A stretch of 32,000 bases of DNA, from positions 90,001-122,000 of the forward strand of contig CP091279.1 in assembly GCA_021650915.1 (NCBI GenBank). The letters run 5' to 3'. A program made the position numbers and the translations under genes. The stretch comes from Candidatus Brocadia sp. GTDB taxonomy: Bacteria; Planctomycetota; Brocadiia; Brocadiales; Brocadiaceae. Position 1 is the first letter of the stretch. The number at the start of each line of letters is the position of its first letter. The notes under the pieces are model-generated. The model searched no databases and was not told the DNA's origin. It saw nothing but the letters and a program-made list of their open reading frames with translations. Below, one piece after another: positions 9,407-18,718 of the stretch.

Positions 9407-11017
9407 CTATTTTGTCAGAGTTACCTTCTCTATCCTTCCCTCCCGACGCAGTCTTGCTGCCTCTGACTGGATCTTTGTAAACTCCATCATCATAGGCGCC
9501 TGACCCCACCACCAGGATACATCCTGCTGGACGTGCGCAGTGCCCTTGTAACCCTGAAGTTTATACCAGAACCATAACCGGTTGTACATGTTTTCGATAT
9601 TAGACGGATTGTCCTGCTGCTGCAAGAACATGCCATAAACACCCAATATCGGCCCTACGACCGGGAACTTGCCCTTCAGTGTTTTAAAGGCGTTATAAAT
9701 GGGTTCTCCAAGGAATGCCGGACTCAGTTGTTTCTCAATCCCGTCGCTTAAAGGATACGGATCCCTATCTGCGGCGCTGGGATAGAGGTAGCCGTCGGCA
9801 ATCAAGTCTTCAACGATCTTCTGCGCCCTGTCTGCCAGGGTGTGCGCCTGGAACATAAACTCATCCAGCGATTTCAGATAGGTATCGGCAAAACGGTCGC
9901 TGTGGCACTTGGCGCAGACCTCCAACCAATATGACCTCTTGGCAACGTTTTCTTCCGAATAGATATCGATTTTATCTGAAATAATCTTAATCCCATACGG
10001 ATAATCCTTCAGAGAAGAAGTATATTCCAGATTCTTGGGCGGTATCGTACCCATACGCCAGATACCCTTCATGACCGGATTATGAATAAACCGGCCATGC
10101 TTTTCATACATGTGGCAAAACTGGCACGTTGGGGTGCGATAGTCCTTGCCTGGCCTCACTTCTGACAATGGCCTGGTGAAATCAAAATGCTCTTCTTCCT
10201 TATGATAAATTACCCCGTGCTTTGACTCTCCATAGGATTCTGCATCGGGATGATCAGGACCCATGTGGCAGGTTATACAGGCCTCTGGCTGTCTGCCTTC
10301 CGCGGCGCTGAACTTGTGCCGGGTGTGGCATACGTCACATTTTTCTGCACCGGAATGACATAAGTCGCAACCATGTTGGCCATACAGATAACCCCTTCGT
10401 GCAGCCTCTGCATACCAAGGCACGATGGTATTTGCCTCCCATGACTGGACATGATTTGGGCGTCCCACTTCTCTCTCGCGCAGGAAATCGTCAAATTGCG
10501 GCCTGTGACATTCGCCGCATACCTCACCGGTTGGCATCCTGATCTGTTTGGTTTTCGTGTCAGCATGGCAATCGAAACAATGAACTTCATTGAGAATCCT
10601 GTTGGTGCGCTTTTCAATTTCAGACGTTCTTGCAGACAGATAAGGAGTGCTCTTGGGATTCTTGTGACCAGAACTTCTCCAGTCTCTCACAACCCCCGGC
10701 GTTGCTTCCTCATGGCATGTTACGCACAAATCCCTTCTTTCTTTTTCAATAAAGATCGAGTGATCCAGGTTTTTCATGGGTTCGTAGTGCCGGTTTGGCT
10801 GCCAGTACATATCCAGCATCTGCGGTTTGAAATAATCTTTAAATGGTCCGGAACCCTCGCGGAGTCCAACGTTATCTTTATACACTGCCCGGTACCAATC
10901 GGGCGTTCCTTCATACAGGTCCGGCGGCGTTTCCTTCTTGAGTGGTTGTTCGGCTGCCCACGCCACAGAAGTAAACAGCATCGCAGACAGACACAACCCT
11001 ATTCCAAATTTTTTCAT
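9407..11017 (-). CDS. Octahaem hydroxylamine oxidoreductase (HAO)-like cytochrome c
   Basis: Eight CXXCH motifs (CVTCH, CFDCH, CGECH, CDLCH, CDVCH, CITCH, CQFCH, CAKCH). Signal peptide MKKFGIGLCLSAMLFTSVAWA. GGAGGTG Shine-Dalgarno before ATG 11017; the track starts it at 11032. Confidence 0.93.
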   Translation of the reverse strand: MKKFGIGLCLSAMLFTSVAWAAEQPLKKETPPDLYEGTPDWYRAVYKDNVGLREGSGPFKDYFKPQMLDMYWQPNRHYEPMKNLDHSIFIEKERRDLCVTCHEEATPGVVRDWRSSGHKNPKSTPYLSARTSEIEKRTNRILNEVHCFDCHADTKTKQIRMPTGEVCGECHRPQFDDFLREREVGRPNHVQSWEANTIVPWYAEAARRGYLYGQHGCDLCHSGAEKCDVCHTRHKFSAAEGRQPEACITCHMGPDHPDAESYGESKHGVIYHKEEEHFDFTRPLSEVRPGKDYRTPTCQFCHMYEKHGRFIHNPVMKGIWRMGTIPPKNLEYTSSLKDYPYGIKIISDKIDIYSEENVAKRSYWLEVCAKCHSDRFADTYLKSLDEFMFQAHTLADRAQKIVEDLIADGYLYPSAADRDPYPLSDGIEKQLSPAFLGEPIYNAFKTLKGKFPVVGPILGVYGMFLQQQDNPSNIENMYNRLWFWYKLQGYKGTAHVQQDVSWWWGQAPMMMEFTKIQSEAARLRREGRIEKVTLTK

Positions 11018-11048
11018 TTCATTCACCTCCATAGGTATTAGATGCTTT

Positions 11049-11831
11049 TTATCTTTTCGTTTCTTCTGGTTTCACGAGCGACATTACATAATAAGTCAAA
11101 CACCATCTTTGTTCATCGGTAAGTTCCTTGGCAAAAGACGGCATGGGAGTACCGTTCAACCCCGTGGTAAATCTGAGATAAACATCCTGGGCAGAATTTC
11201 CGCCTTTAAACTTTCCCGTCGTAAAATCAAACGGTTTTATCGGGTATCCAAAGTCGTCTTCCTGTTCGGCTGCGCTGGGACCGTCTCCACGGCCTTCAAC
11301 GCCATGACACTTCCAGCACTCCAGTTTTTCCTCGTAAATCTTCTTTCCCTCTGCAAGCGCTCTTTCTGTGGGCCTGAGCGGCAAACCGACGGTAACCGGT
11401 GCGTCGGGTTTCCTGACTTCAAACGCCTCAGAAAAACTCTTCAGGACGGGAATCACCGATACCCGTTGTTCCTCCGTTAAGATGTCCCAGGGAATCATGG
11501 TAGAATTCGGCACTCCATAAGAAATCGTACGGTAAATATCCTCGTCCGTAGGAAGTGAACCACTCGGCGTAGTTCTGAATTTGTAAGCACCTCTCGTAAA
11601 ATCGCGTGGCTTGGGAAGCATCGACCGTGCAAGAGGCCCGTCTCCCTTGCCCTCCTCACCATGACAGGGACTACAATACTTTTTATAGGTATCCTTACCT
11701 AAATCGGTAACCTCTGTTGGTATAGTAACTGCGCTGGCAGTCACCGGCGCTATACTCAGCATCAGCGCTGCGCTTGTTACCGTCGTAGCACACCAAAAGC
11801 CAACCTTATCCAATAAGACCTTAGGTTTCAT
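11049..11831 (-). CDS. Dihaem cytochrome c, likely partner of the adjacent HAO-like protein
   Basis: Two haem motifs: CSPCHGEEGKGDGP and CWKCHGVEGRGDGP. Signal peptide. Repeated cytochrome c domain architecture. Immediately upstream of the octahaem gene. Confidence 0.88.
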   Translation of the reverse strand: MKPKVLLDKVGFWCATTVTSAALMLSIAPVTASAVTIPTEVTDLGKDTYKKYCSPCHGEEGKGDGPLARSMLPKPRDFTRGAYKFRTTPSGSLPTDEDIYRTISYGVPNSTMIPWDILTEEQRVSVIPVLKSFSEAFEVRKPDAPVTVGLPLRPTERALAEGKKIYEEKLECWKCHGVEGRGDGPSAAEQEDDFGYPIKPFDFTTGKFKGGNSAQDVYLRFTTGLNGTPMPSFAKELTDEQRWCLTYYVMSLVKPEETKR

Positions 11832-11904
11832 ATCGCCTATCCTCCTTTCCGATTGCCATTGTTATAAACTCCAACACATTCTCCTTTTCAATACACGTGC
11901 CTCT

Positions 11905-12642
11905 TCATTTCTCATAGTAAACAAATTCTATTGTTGTGGTTTCTTTCGGCTGTACCGTTACCTCCTTTTCTAAATTTCCTAACTCTTCATGCCATACCTG
12001 GAATGTATAAGTTCCGGGCGGGATATCACAAATTTCAAAATAGCCGTTTCTATCGGTCATATCAAAATAGGGGTGGTCAAGGACGACAATCCATGCGGAC
12101 GCGTTTTTATGAAGATCGCACGTTACCTTAATAATTTCCGGGTAATCAAATTTTTTTGATATCCGCTGTTTGTACGTGGTGCCCAGGTTAAAAGGCTGAT
12201 TCCTGGTTGACCTGGTATGAATATTATGCAGTTCCTCGTCGCCATTGAGGAAATCAACCGTGGTGCCTGACACAATCGCAATTACATGAGGAATAAAATA
12301 ATTGTTTTGCTGGTCTATTATGGGACGGATTACAGGTAGTGCCTTTTTCTTCCCCTGGCTAATATTGGGAAGAGCAACAACGGCGTTTTTTAACCCGTTA
12401 TTTATCTTGCTAAAGATCAGTTTTTCAGAAGTGGCTTTCGAGGTGTCAGATAATTCCCAATCACGATAAAGATTTAGTCCCACAGCTGTCAACTCACCCC
12501 TATATTTAACATGGCCAATAACCGTACCACCATCGGTAACTTCTTTCTCGGTATAATTTTTCCCGGCTAGTATAGCCTTTGAAGGTACAAAATTACAACA
12601 GAAAAATGCAAAAAGGATAATAAAAAAGCGCGTTTGTTTCAT
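11905..12642 (-). CDS. Secreted cupredoxin-like / carboxypeptidase-regulatory-like domain protein
   Basis: Signal peptide. FLNGDEELHNIHTRS and KVTCDLHKNASAWIVVLDHPYFDMTDRNGYFEICDIPPGTYTFQVWHEELG resemble the plastocyanin-like/CarboxypepD-reg group. Confidence 0.75.
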   Translation of the reverse strand: MKQTRFFIILFAFFCCNFVPSKAILAGKNYTEKEVTDGGTVIGHVKYRGELTAVGLNLYRDWELSDTSKATSEKLIFSKINNGLKNAVVALPNISQGKKKALPVIRPIIDQQNNYFIPHVIAIVSGTTVDFLNGDEELHNIHTRSTRNQPFNLGTTYKQRISKKFDYPEIIKVTCDLHKNASAWIVVLDHPYFDMTDRNGYFEICDIPPGTYTFQVWHEELGNLEKEVTVQPKETTTIEFVYYEK

Positions 12643-12773
12643 AAAATTTAAGGTTAAGAAAAGTTTAAAGGTTAAGAGTCTCCGCCCGTTTTACTTACGG
12701 AGAGTGACACCGTTTGTTATTCCGAGCGAAACGAAGAATCTAATTTAAACGTATAGGAATTTCAATGTTTATT

Positions 12774-12848
12774 GTAGGGGCGAAGCATTTGCTGATATCA
12801 AATTTGAATGTCATCTTGTATCCTGGACAGCAAATGCTTCGCCCCTAC
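12774..12848. repeat. 75-bp intergenic repeat, copy 2, with perfect 21-bp terminal inverted repeats
   Basis: gtaggggcgaagcatttgctg ... cagcaaatgcttcgcccctac. Confidence 0.8.
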
Positions 12849-13128
12849 GTGTGACCGTAAACAAAGTTGCCGAAGGCCTATTTAATAAATGTGGTTTATA
12901 CAAATAATAAAGTTTACTGACTAATGACAAAAACTGTTCCTACTTATGAGAAAAATAGAAAAAGAAGAAAATATCTTCTAAGTAATAAATTTCATTTGTA
13001 CTTAAATATTTATATACCCATGGGTTTTTCCTGAAGGGTGTCCTCCGGGCAATTTCATGAATGAAACGATGTTTTCATAATATAACGCTGGCTGCAAAAA
13101 TTAAACGCCTCTTTCCGATGCGATGCGC

Positions 13129-15240
13129 CTATTTACGGAAAGATCGCCGAAGCGGACTGTCCGTCACTGCAAAGACTCCCTTGTCAATGTTCTTTCCATC
13201 AGTAAAGGCCAGGTAGCTATACTTTCCATAATGAGGGATTTTAAATCCGGTCTTGGCAATCGCATCTGCACTGAGTCCGGCAAAGAAGATGACGCCTTTG
13301 GTCTTGTCCCTGGCATTTCTGGAGCTTACGAGGACGGCGTTACCCTTTTCCTGATACCTTACCTTGTTCACCACAAATGTCCCTTCTCCAAACGAGAAAT
13401 CCTCTGGCAAATTTTCCATGAGTCTCTTCGTAAGCTTGTTTTCTGTCGGCCCGCCTAAAATGAACAGGCTTTTTTGGGTGATTTCAGCCTCCGTAATCCC
13501 GGTATCCGGCTTTACAAGGCCCTTTTTGGTTACAAAGGATTCCGCAAGATTCTTGTATGCTTCCTGCAAAGACCGTTCACCGCTTGTCGGATACACGACA
13601 ACCGTTTCATTGTCTCCCAAAACGAAATCTATGGTTGTCGGAATTTCCTCAATGTGGAGACGCCTGAACACCTCGTAGTGCGGGTCTATTGCAAGGGATT
13701 GCGGTTCAGATTGTGTCTGAATCGAAATGACTTCTGACTGCCCCTTTACCTCCACAATCGTATGATAATTTCCCTCAGCAAGCTCCAGGTGTACCGGCAG
13801 GGAGATCTGATAGGCATGATCTTTCTGAATGACCTCCATCCTGGTCACCCAGCCATCTTTGACCTTTTCAACCTCCGTTTTCCCCAATGTAAGAAAAGGA
13901 GCGTCCGCCTGGTTAATCCACTGTTCAAAGAACCAGGACAGGTCTCTTTTTCCGGCATCTTCAAACACGCGCCGGATGTCTTTCCAGCCCGCCTTTTTCC
14001 AGATATGGCCCCGGTAAAGGCTTCTCAGAGATTGGTAAAACACCTCATCGCCCACCATCCGCCTCAGCATATGGAAGACCATTGCGGTCTTCCCGTATCC
14101 AATAGCCCTGGTTGCCTGATCTCTCCTGCCAATGAAATTTTTTAAGGGAAAATCGTTTTTCCCCGTAACGTAATTGGTGTACTTTCTGCATATATCATTG
14201 CGATACTCTTCGGCGGAGGCGTTATCCTTGAGTTCCTTATAATAATAATCCGCCATATAGGTGGTCAGTCCTTCACACCAGTTCCCCTGAGATTCGTCCA
14301 CAAAGACGGAGTTGCCCCACCAATTGTGCAATATCTCATGGCCCAGGGAGGTATCCACGATGAAAGGCATTTTTACTACGCTATTCCCCAGCAGGGTAAA
14401 CGAAGGCATTCCGTATCCTGTCTGGAAGAAATTTTCCACGATAGCAAACTTTTTGTACGGATAATCGCCTAGGAGCTTTTGGTACATATCCAGATAACGC
14501 TTTGTGGCATTGACATAGGTTTCCACAAGGCCTTGTTCTTCGGGGAAAAAATAAGCGTATATATCAATACCGTTGTGATTAACACTCGTCACGGTATATC
14601 TTCCGGCCACAAGGTCGCATCCCTCTGACACGTTCTTTTCTTCCCAGGTGGTATACGTCTTGCCGTCAACCGATCTCCTGCTTATCAGCGCACCCAGCGT
14701 TACAGCCTCATATCCTTCCGGAGTCGTAACGGTTACGGTAAAAGCCGCCAGAGAACCTGGGGTATCCGGATACCACAGGCATGCAGGACTCAGGTAAACC
14801 CCAGCTTCGTCAATAATACCCGTCACCCCGCCAACGTCCTCCAGTTCCAACGAGGCTGGCTTTTCAAAAAGATGCCCCTCATATGCAATATCCAGAACCA
14901 CGCTGTCGGCCTGCCTCAAATCCGACGGTATTGTAATCTCCAGAAAATAACCGTCTCCCTTACGGATAGTTTTGAAAGCTAATTTCTTGTTTGATGAGCC
15001 AACGGACAGTACCTGGAATGCCCCATTGATAAGACACGAAAACCTTTCCTCATTCCTTGCTTGAACCCGCATATGGTCAACGGCCATGAGCTTGTGCTCA
15101 TTCAGATACAGCTCAATTTCTATATTGTGGCTGAGAATTTTATCTTCGCGATACTCTTTGGCCCAGAGAGTAGATATTGTCATCATGAACAAAATGAACA
15201 AGAACGGAAAAACACATTTTGTTTGCCTGATTTTTGGCAT
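13129..15240 (-). CDS. M1-family metallopeptidase (aminopeptidase-like), exported
   Basis: TSLGHEILHNWWGNSVFVDESQGNWCEGLTTYMADY zinc-binding motif, signal-like N-terminus MPKIRQTKCVFPFLFILFMMTISTLWA, AAGGAG before ATG 15240; the track starts it at 15267. Confidence 0.85.
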   Translation of the reverse strand: MPKIRQTKCVFPFLFILFMMTISTLWAKEYREDKILSHNIEIELYLNEHKLMAVDHMRVQARNEERFSCLINGAFQVLSVGSSNKKLAFKTIRKGDGYFLEITIPSDLRQADSVVLDIAYEGHLFEKPASLELEDVGGVTGIIDEAGVYLSPACLWYPDTPGSLAAFTVTVTTPEGYEAVTLGALISRRSVDGKTYTTWEEKNVSEGCDLVAGRYTVTSVNHNGIDIYAYFFPEEQGLVETYVNATKRYLDMYQKLLGDYPYKKFAIVENFFQTGYGMPSFTLLGNSVVKMPFIVDTSLGHEILHNWWGNSVFVDESQGNWCEGLTTYMADYYYKELKDNASAEEYRNDICRKYTNYVTGKNDFPLKNFIGRRDQATRAIGYGKTAMVFHMLRRMVGDEVFYQSLRSLYRGHIWKKAGWKDIRRVFEDAGKRDLSWFFEQWINQADAPFLTLGKTEVEKVKDGWVTRMEVIQKDHAYQISLPVHLELAEGNYHTIVEVKGQSEVISIQTQSEPQSLAIDPHYEVFRRLHIEEIPTTIDFVLGDNETVVVYPTSGERSLQEAYKNLAESFVTKKGLVKPDTGITEAEITQKSLFILGGPTENKLTKRLMENLPEDFSFGEGTFVVNKVRYQEKGNAVLVSSRNARDKTKGVIFFAGLSADAIAKTGFKIPHYGKYSYLAFTDGKNIDKGVFAVTDSPLRRSFRK

Positions 15241-15616
15241 ATCACCACTCCTTGAAAAACGTATCATGATTCGCTCCGTCTTTTTGCCGTGATTGTACAG
15301 GTATAACGCACACAGCCGCGACTCAATGTCCCCGTAGAAAAAGGGGTAAAGAGGGTTGTGGAAACTTGCAAAAAAAGATTATCGTTCATAAGTCAATCTA
15401 ACGGGATTGCCTTGAAACCAGTGAATAATCAAATTAAACTATATCTTAAAGGAAAAAGATTGAAAAAGCTTGCAATTTTTTTCCTTTTTCTTTAACATTA
15501 TTTTTTTGTTATCTCGGCGTGTAAAAGGTAATTTTCTATCATCGATGTCATGTAGTCGGTCTCTCCGCGAAAGGAAAGTGATTGCCTGAAGCCCGAATCC
15601 ATGCAAGAATACCGCT

Positions 15617-15835
15617 ATGGCAGCAAATAGTGGCGATCCCATTGATCTTAATGTGTTGGCAAGCAAGTTTCGTCTGTGGCGGGCACAGCACAAAACACCT
15701 GGCACGGTTGTCGATGCCCATCGGGAAGTTATGCTGGAGCGAGTGGCCCAATCAATGACATTCGAAGGTGAACCGATTACGGTGTCTCGTCTTAAAATTC
15801 TGTTAGACCAATGGGCGAAGAAGCAGGGCAGTTAG
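15617..15835 (+). CDS. Putative class I Fic antitoxin (small inhibitory-helix protein)
   Basis: 72 aa upstream of and overlapping the Fic ORF. Contains MLERVAQSMTFEGEPITVSRL, matching the (S/T)xxxE(G/N) inhibitory motif. Confidence 0.72.
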   Translation: MAANSGDPIDLNVLASKFRLWRAQHKTPGTVVDAHREVMLERVAQSMTFEGEPITVSRLKILLDQWAKKQGS

Positions 15836-16413
15836 GATCAACCAGGTCGTTTGAGACTGTTGAAGGCGCGCTTACCTATCCGGAAGTCTCAGAAAAGCTT
15901 GCCGTCTCACTAGCACAGATTCTTGCACGGCTTTTAAAGACCCCACCGCACGAGATCATCATCACACCCGAGTGGCTTTGCCGGAAACATCAGGAGCTTG
16001 CCGGACACCTCTTCCCTGAATGGGCTGGCCGATTTCGTACAACGAACGTGATGGTTGGAACGCTGGAACCTCCGGCTTATTATAAAGTGCCGCTTCTCGT
16101 GCACTCTTTCTGCGATGATTTGGCCGAGCGGTTGCGACATGTGGACGAAGGCAATCTGCCTGATATAGCAGCGTTTCTTGCTTGGGTGGACTGGCGATTT
16201 CAATGGGTTCACCCCTTCAAAGATTTCAACGGTCGCATTGGCCGCCTGGCGCTCGCCGCACTTCTTTACAAGCTTGCCCTGCCCCCTGTTGAGACCGCAC
16301 CAACGGAACCTGAGATGCGTCGTGAATATCTTGAAGCCCTGCGAGCCGGAGATGCGGGAAATCTCGACCCGCTTCAAAAAATATGGATCCGGCGACTCGG
16401 AGAAGCAATCTAG
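15811..16413 (+). CDS. Fic-domain protein (putative AMPylase toxin)
   Basis: LPDIAAFLAWVDWRFQWVHPFKDFNGRIGRLALAALLYKL contains a variant of HPFx(D/E)GN(G/K)R. 25-nt overlap with the upstream small ORF. Confidence 0.87.
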   Translation: MGEEAGQLGSTRSFETVEGALTYPEVSEKLAVSLAQILARLLKTPPHEIIITPEWLCRKHQELAGHLFPEWAGRFRTTNVMVGTLEPPAYYKVPLLVHSFCDDLAERLRHVDEGNLPDIAAFLAWVDWRFQWVHPFKDFNGRIGRLALAALLYKLALPPVETAPTEPEMRREYLEALRAGDAGNLDPLQKIWIRRLGEAI

Positions 16414-16518
16414 TGTAGAGATATATTAATAACGAAACATATAAGTGCTGTTTTGCAGCGCGATATAACTATAATTGTCCACAATATATAATTCGTAATT
16501 AATATGTCTTTGCACTAG
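16410..16518 (+). mobile_element. 109-bp palindromic MITE-like repeat, copy 1
   Basis: ctagtgtagagatatattaataacg ... cgtaattaatatgtctttgcactag; ~90% identical to 18229-18337 in the same orientation. Confidence 0.85.
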
Positions 16519-16817
16519 TCCAGATTTTCTGGTGCAGAGGATGATTGGTTGTAGGACGACGAGCCTCATCGCTCTACATTGAGAAGGGCGCCAAAAACCT
16601 AACTTGATGTATAGGAATTTCAACCTTTTGGCTCCTGCCTTACCCACCCCCAATCCCTCTTTTTAGAGGGGAGATGAAAAGCCGCTGCCGAAGGCAGCCT
16701 AATTAAATGCAGCAGACATCTTTAACAGATTATAGAGAGAGTTGAAGCCGATTGTAGGCAATAAAAATTCGATCCTTTTGTGCCTCCCGGTAAATAACTT
16801 AAGGAAAAGAGAAAAGG

Positions 16818-18122
16818 ATGACAAGACTACCAGACAGCAAAGTTAAGCAAGCCATTCTCCATCCTGAAAGAGAAGTCAGGTATGTGGCCATAAAATATTT
16901 CTCAGACTCATTTAGCAACGACACGGGTGTCATGCCTGTTGTAATTGACGCTATTGAAAAATACGGATGGGAACATTCGTATTCAATCGTTGGGTGTGCG
17001 AGCAGTTTACCACAAACCGATGAGACTATTCACTGGGCACTGAACGAATTAAGCAGAGGCATCAACAAGGCGGACATGGATCAGGTCAATTATTTCTATA
17101 ACCTGAGCAGAGTTTTGGCAGGAGCCGATCCTGGCATGTTGCTTCAACACAAAGCTGAAATAATGGAGTCCGGCGGCCTGTCTGCTGATTTCAAGAAAAA
17201 CAATATGAAACGCATCGATATGCTTTCATGGGATGGTGACGTTTGCTGGAATGCCCTGGAAGATTTTTGCAATGTAAACAAAACCAAACGGTACATTAAT
17301 GAGGTTAATCTTGGTTATGCGTTTCAAATAATAGAAGCCCTGTCAAGAGTTGGAGAAAGATATTGTGATCGTATTGTTTCTCGCCTTGCTGAAGAAATAA
17401 AAGATTTTGAGAATAACCCGACGAAATGGATGACACCTCTGATAGTAGCTTTGGCCGGTAAAATGCGATTAACGTCTGCCGTTCCCCTTATCATCGAAAA
17501 ACTTAAAATTGACAGCGATTTTCTGGCAGAAGAATGTATGTTCGCATTGTCCAGGATTGGAACTGACTCCGTTATTGAAGCAGTGTCTGATGTGTTTTCT
17601 GACACAGATTCACACTTTCGGTCTTACGCATCCGGTATTTTTAGGCGCATTCATTCGGACTTATCGGTAAAAAGGTCACTTGCGTTTTTAGAGAAAGAAG
17701 AGGACTATGGAATCAGGACAATGCTTGGCATGGCGTTATTAAATAATTTTGCATACGATGGATTGGAAATCGTTCGCAAACTTATAATTGATGAAATCTA
17801 TGAGCCTTTTATAACTGATTTGCAGGAGGATTTGATAATTGCATGCACTATCATGGAAGAAAGAATCCCCGAGTATGAAGAGTGGAAAGAGGCCGTTGGT
17901 CAAAGACGGGCTAAAGCGGAAGAAAGGAAAAGGAATTTCTTTGGAAAATTGCCACGGAGCGGGCGGGATGAAGGTGTTGATTACCATACCTCAGGGGATA
18001 CCACGCAAAACGATCAAAAAACGCACACTATTTTCAGGGATGCTCCTAAAATCGGCAGAAATGAACCTTGTCCGTGTGGAAGTGGGAAGAAATATAAAAA
18101 GTGCTGTCTTGGGAAGGCGTAG
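16818..18122 (+). CDS. SEC-C motif protein with HEAT-like helical repeats
   Basis: C-terminus [21 protein letters not shown] is the SecA-type zinc-binding motif. N-terminal 300+ aa consists of amphipathic repeats ([17 protein letters not shown]..., [40 protein letters not shown]). Confidence 0.85.
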   Translation: MTRLPDSKVKQAILHPEREVRYVAIKYFSDSFSNDTGVMPVVIDAIEKYGWEHSYSIVGCASSLPQTDETIHWALNELSRGINKADMDQVNYFYNLSRVLAGADPGMLLQHKAEIMESGGLSADFKKNNMKRIDMLSWDGDVCWNALEDFCNVNKTKRYINEVNLGYAFQIIEALSRVGERYCDRIVSRLAEEIKDFENNPTKWMTPLIVALAGKMRLTSAVPLIIEKLKIDSDFLAEECMFALSRIGTDSVIEAVSDVFSDTDSHFRSYASGIFRRIHSDLSVKRSLAFLEKEEDYGIRTMLGMALLNNFAYDGLEIVRKLIIDEIYEPFITDLQEDLIIACTIMEERIPEYEEWKEAVGQRRAKAEERKRNFFGKLPRSGRDEGVDYHTSGDTTQNDQKTHTIFRDAPKIGRNEPCPCGSGKKYKKCCLGKA

Positions 18123-18228
18123 TAATAGTGAGTGTTATGAGCAAACCTGCGGACCACGCGGCACGGACGGTTAGTATTATTGCCCGGCTTGAAAATGCCT
18201 TTTCCTGGGAAAATACTATTACCTAAAC

Positions 18229-18337
18229 CTAGTATACAGACATATTAATAACGAAACATATAAATGCTGTTTTGCAGCACTATATAACTATAATTGTCCA
18301 CAATATATAATTCGTAATTAATATGTCTGTATACTAG
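18229..18337 (+). mobile_element. 109-bp palindromic MITE-like repeat, copy 2
   Basis: ctagtatacagacatattaataacgaa ... ttcgtaattaatatgtctgtatactag: ~26-bp near-perfect TIRs. Confidence 0.88.
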
Positions 18338-18718
18338 CAGCAAGGTTTCGCCGTTGTTGCCGGGTTTAGGTCGTATATAACTTTATTTTATAACCTAAAT
18401 TTTGCAAATGAATTTATCCTTACATCGCTTGAACCTTGTGTTCATTGGAGTAGAAGCTTTTTTTGAAAAATTTTTCATCACGTAAAAAGTGAAGGAAAAA
18501 CTCTACTGCAATTACATCAAGTCCAATAGCTATGGATTGTTGCATACTACCGCTCTGTTTTATTTGCAGAATTTAGGTATAATTATAATCGAGACTAGAT
18601 TCTCGTTAGGGTTGATTTTATCGAAACAACCTCTAAAGGGGATTCGTTTGGCAGGTAGTTTAACTAATGACACCAATCATGTGCTTGCATATTGAACAGT
18701 GAAAAGCTAAAATACGGC

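Noticed and set aside
18489-18695. 68-aa ORF MKEKLYCNYIKSNSYGLLHTTALF...
   Set aside because: No motif, GTG start without a convincing RBS, and low-complexity AT-rich sequence.
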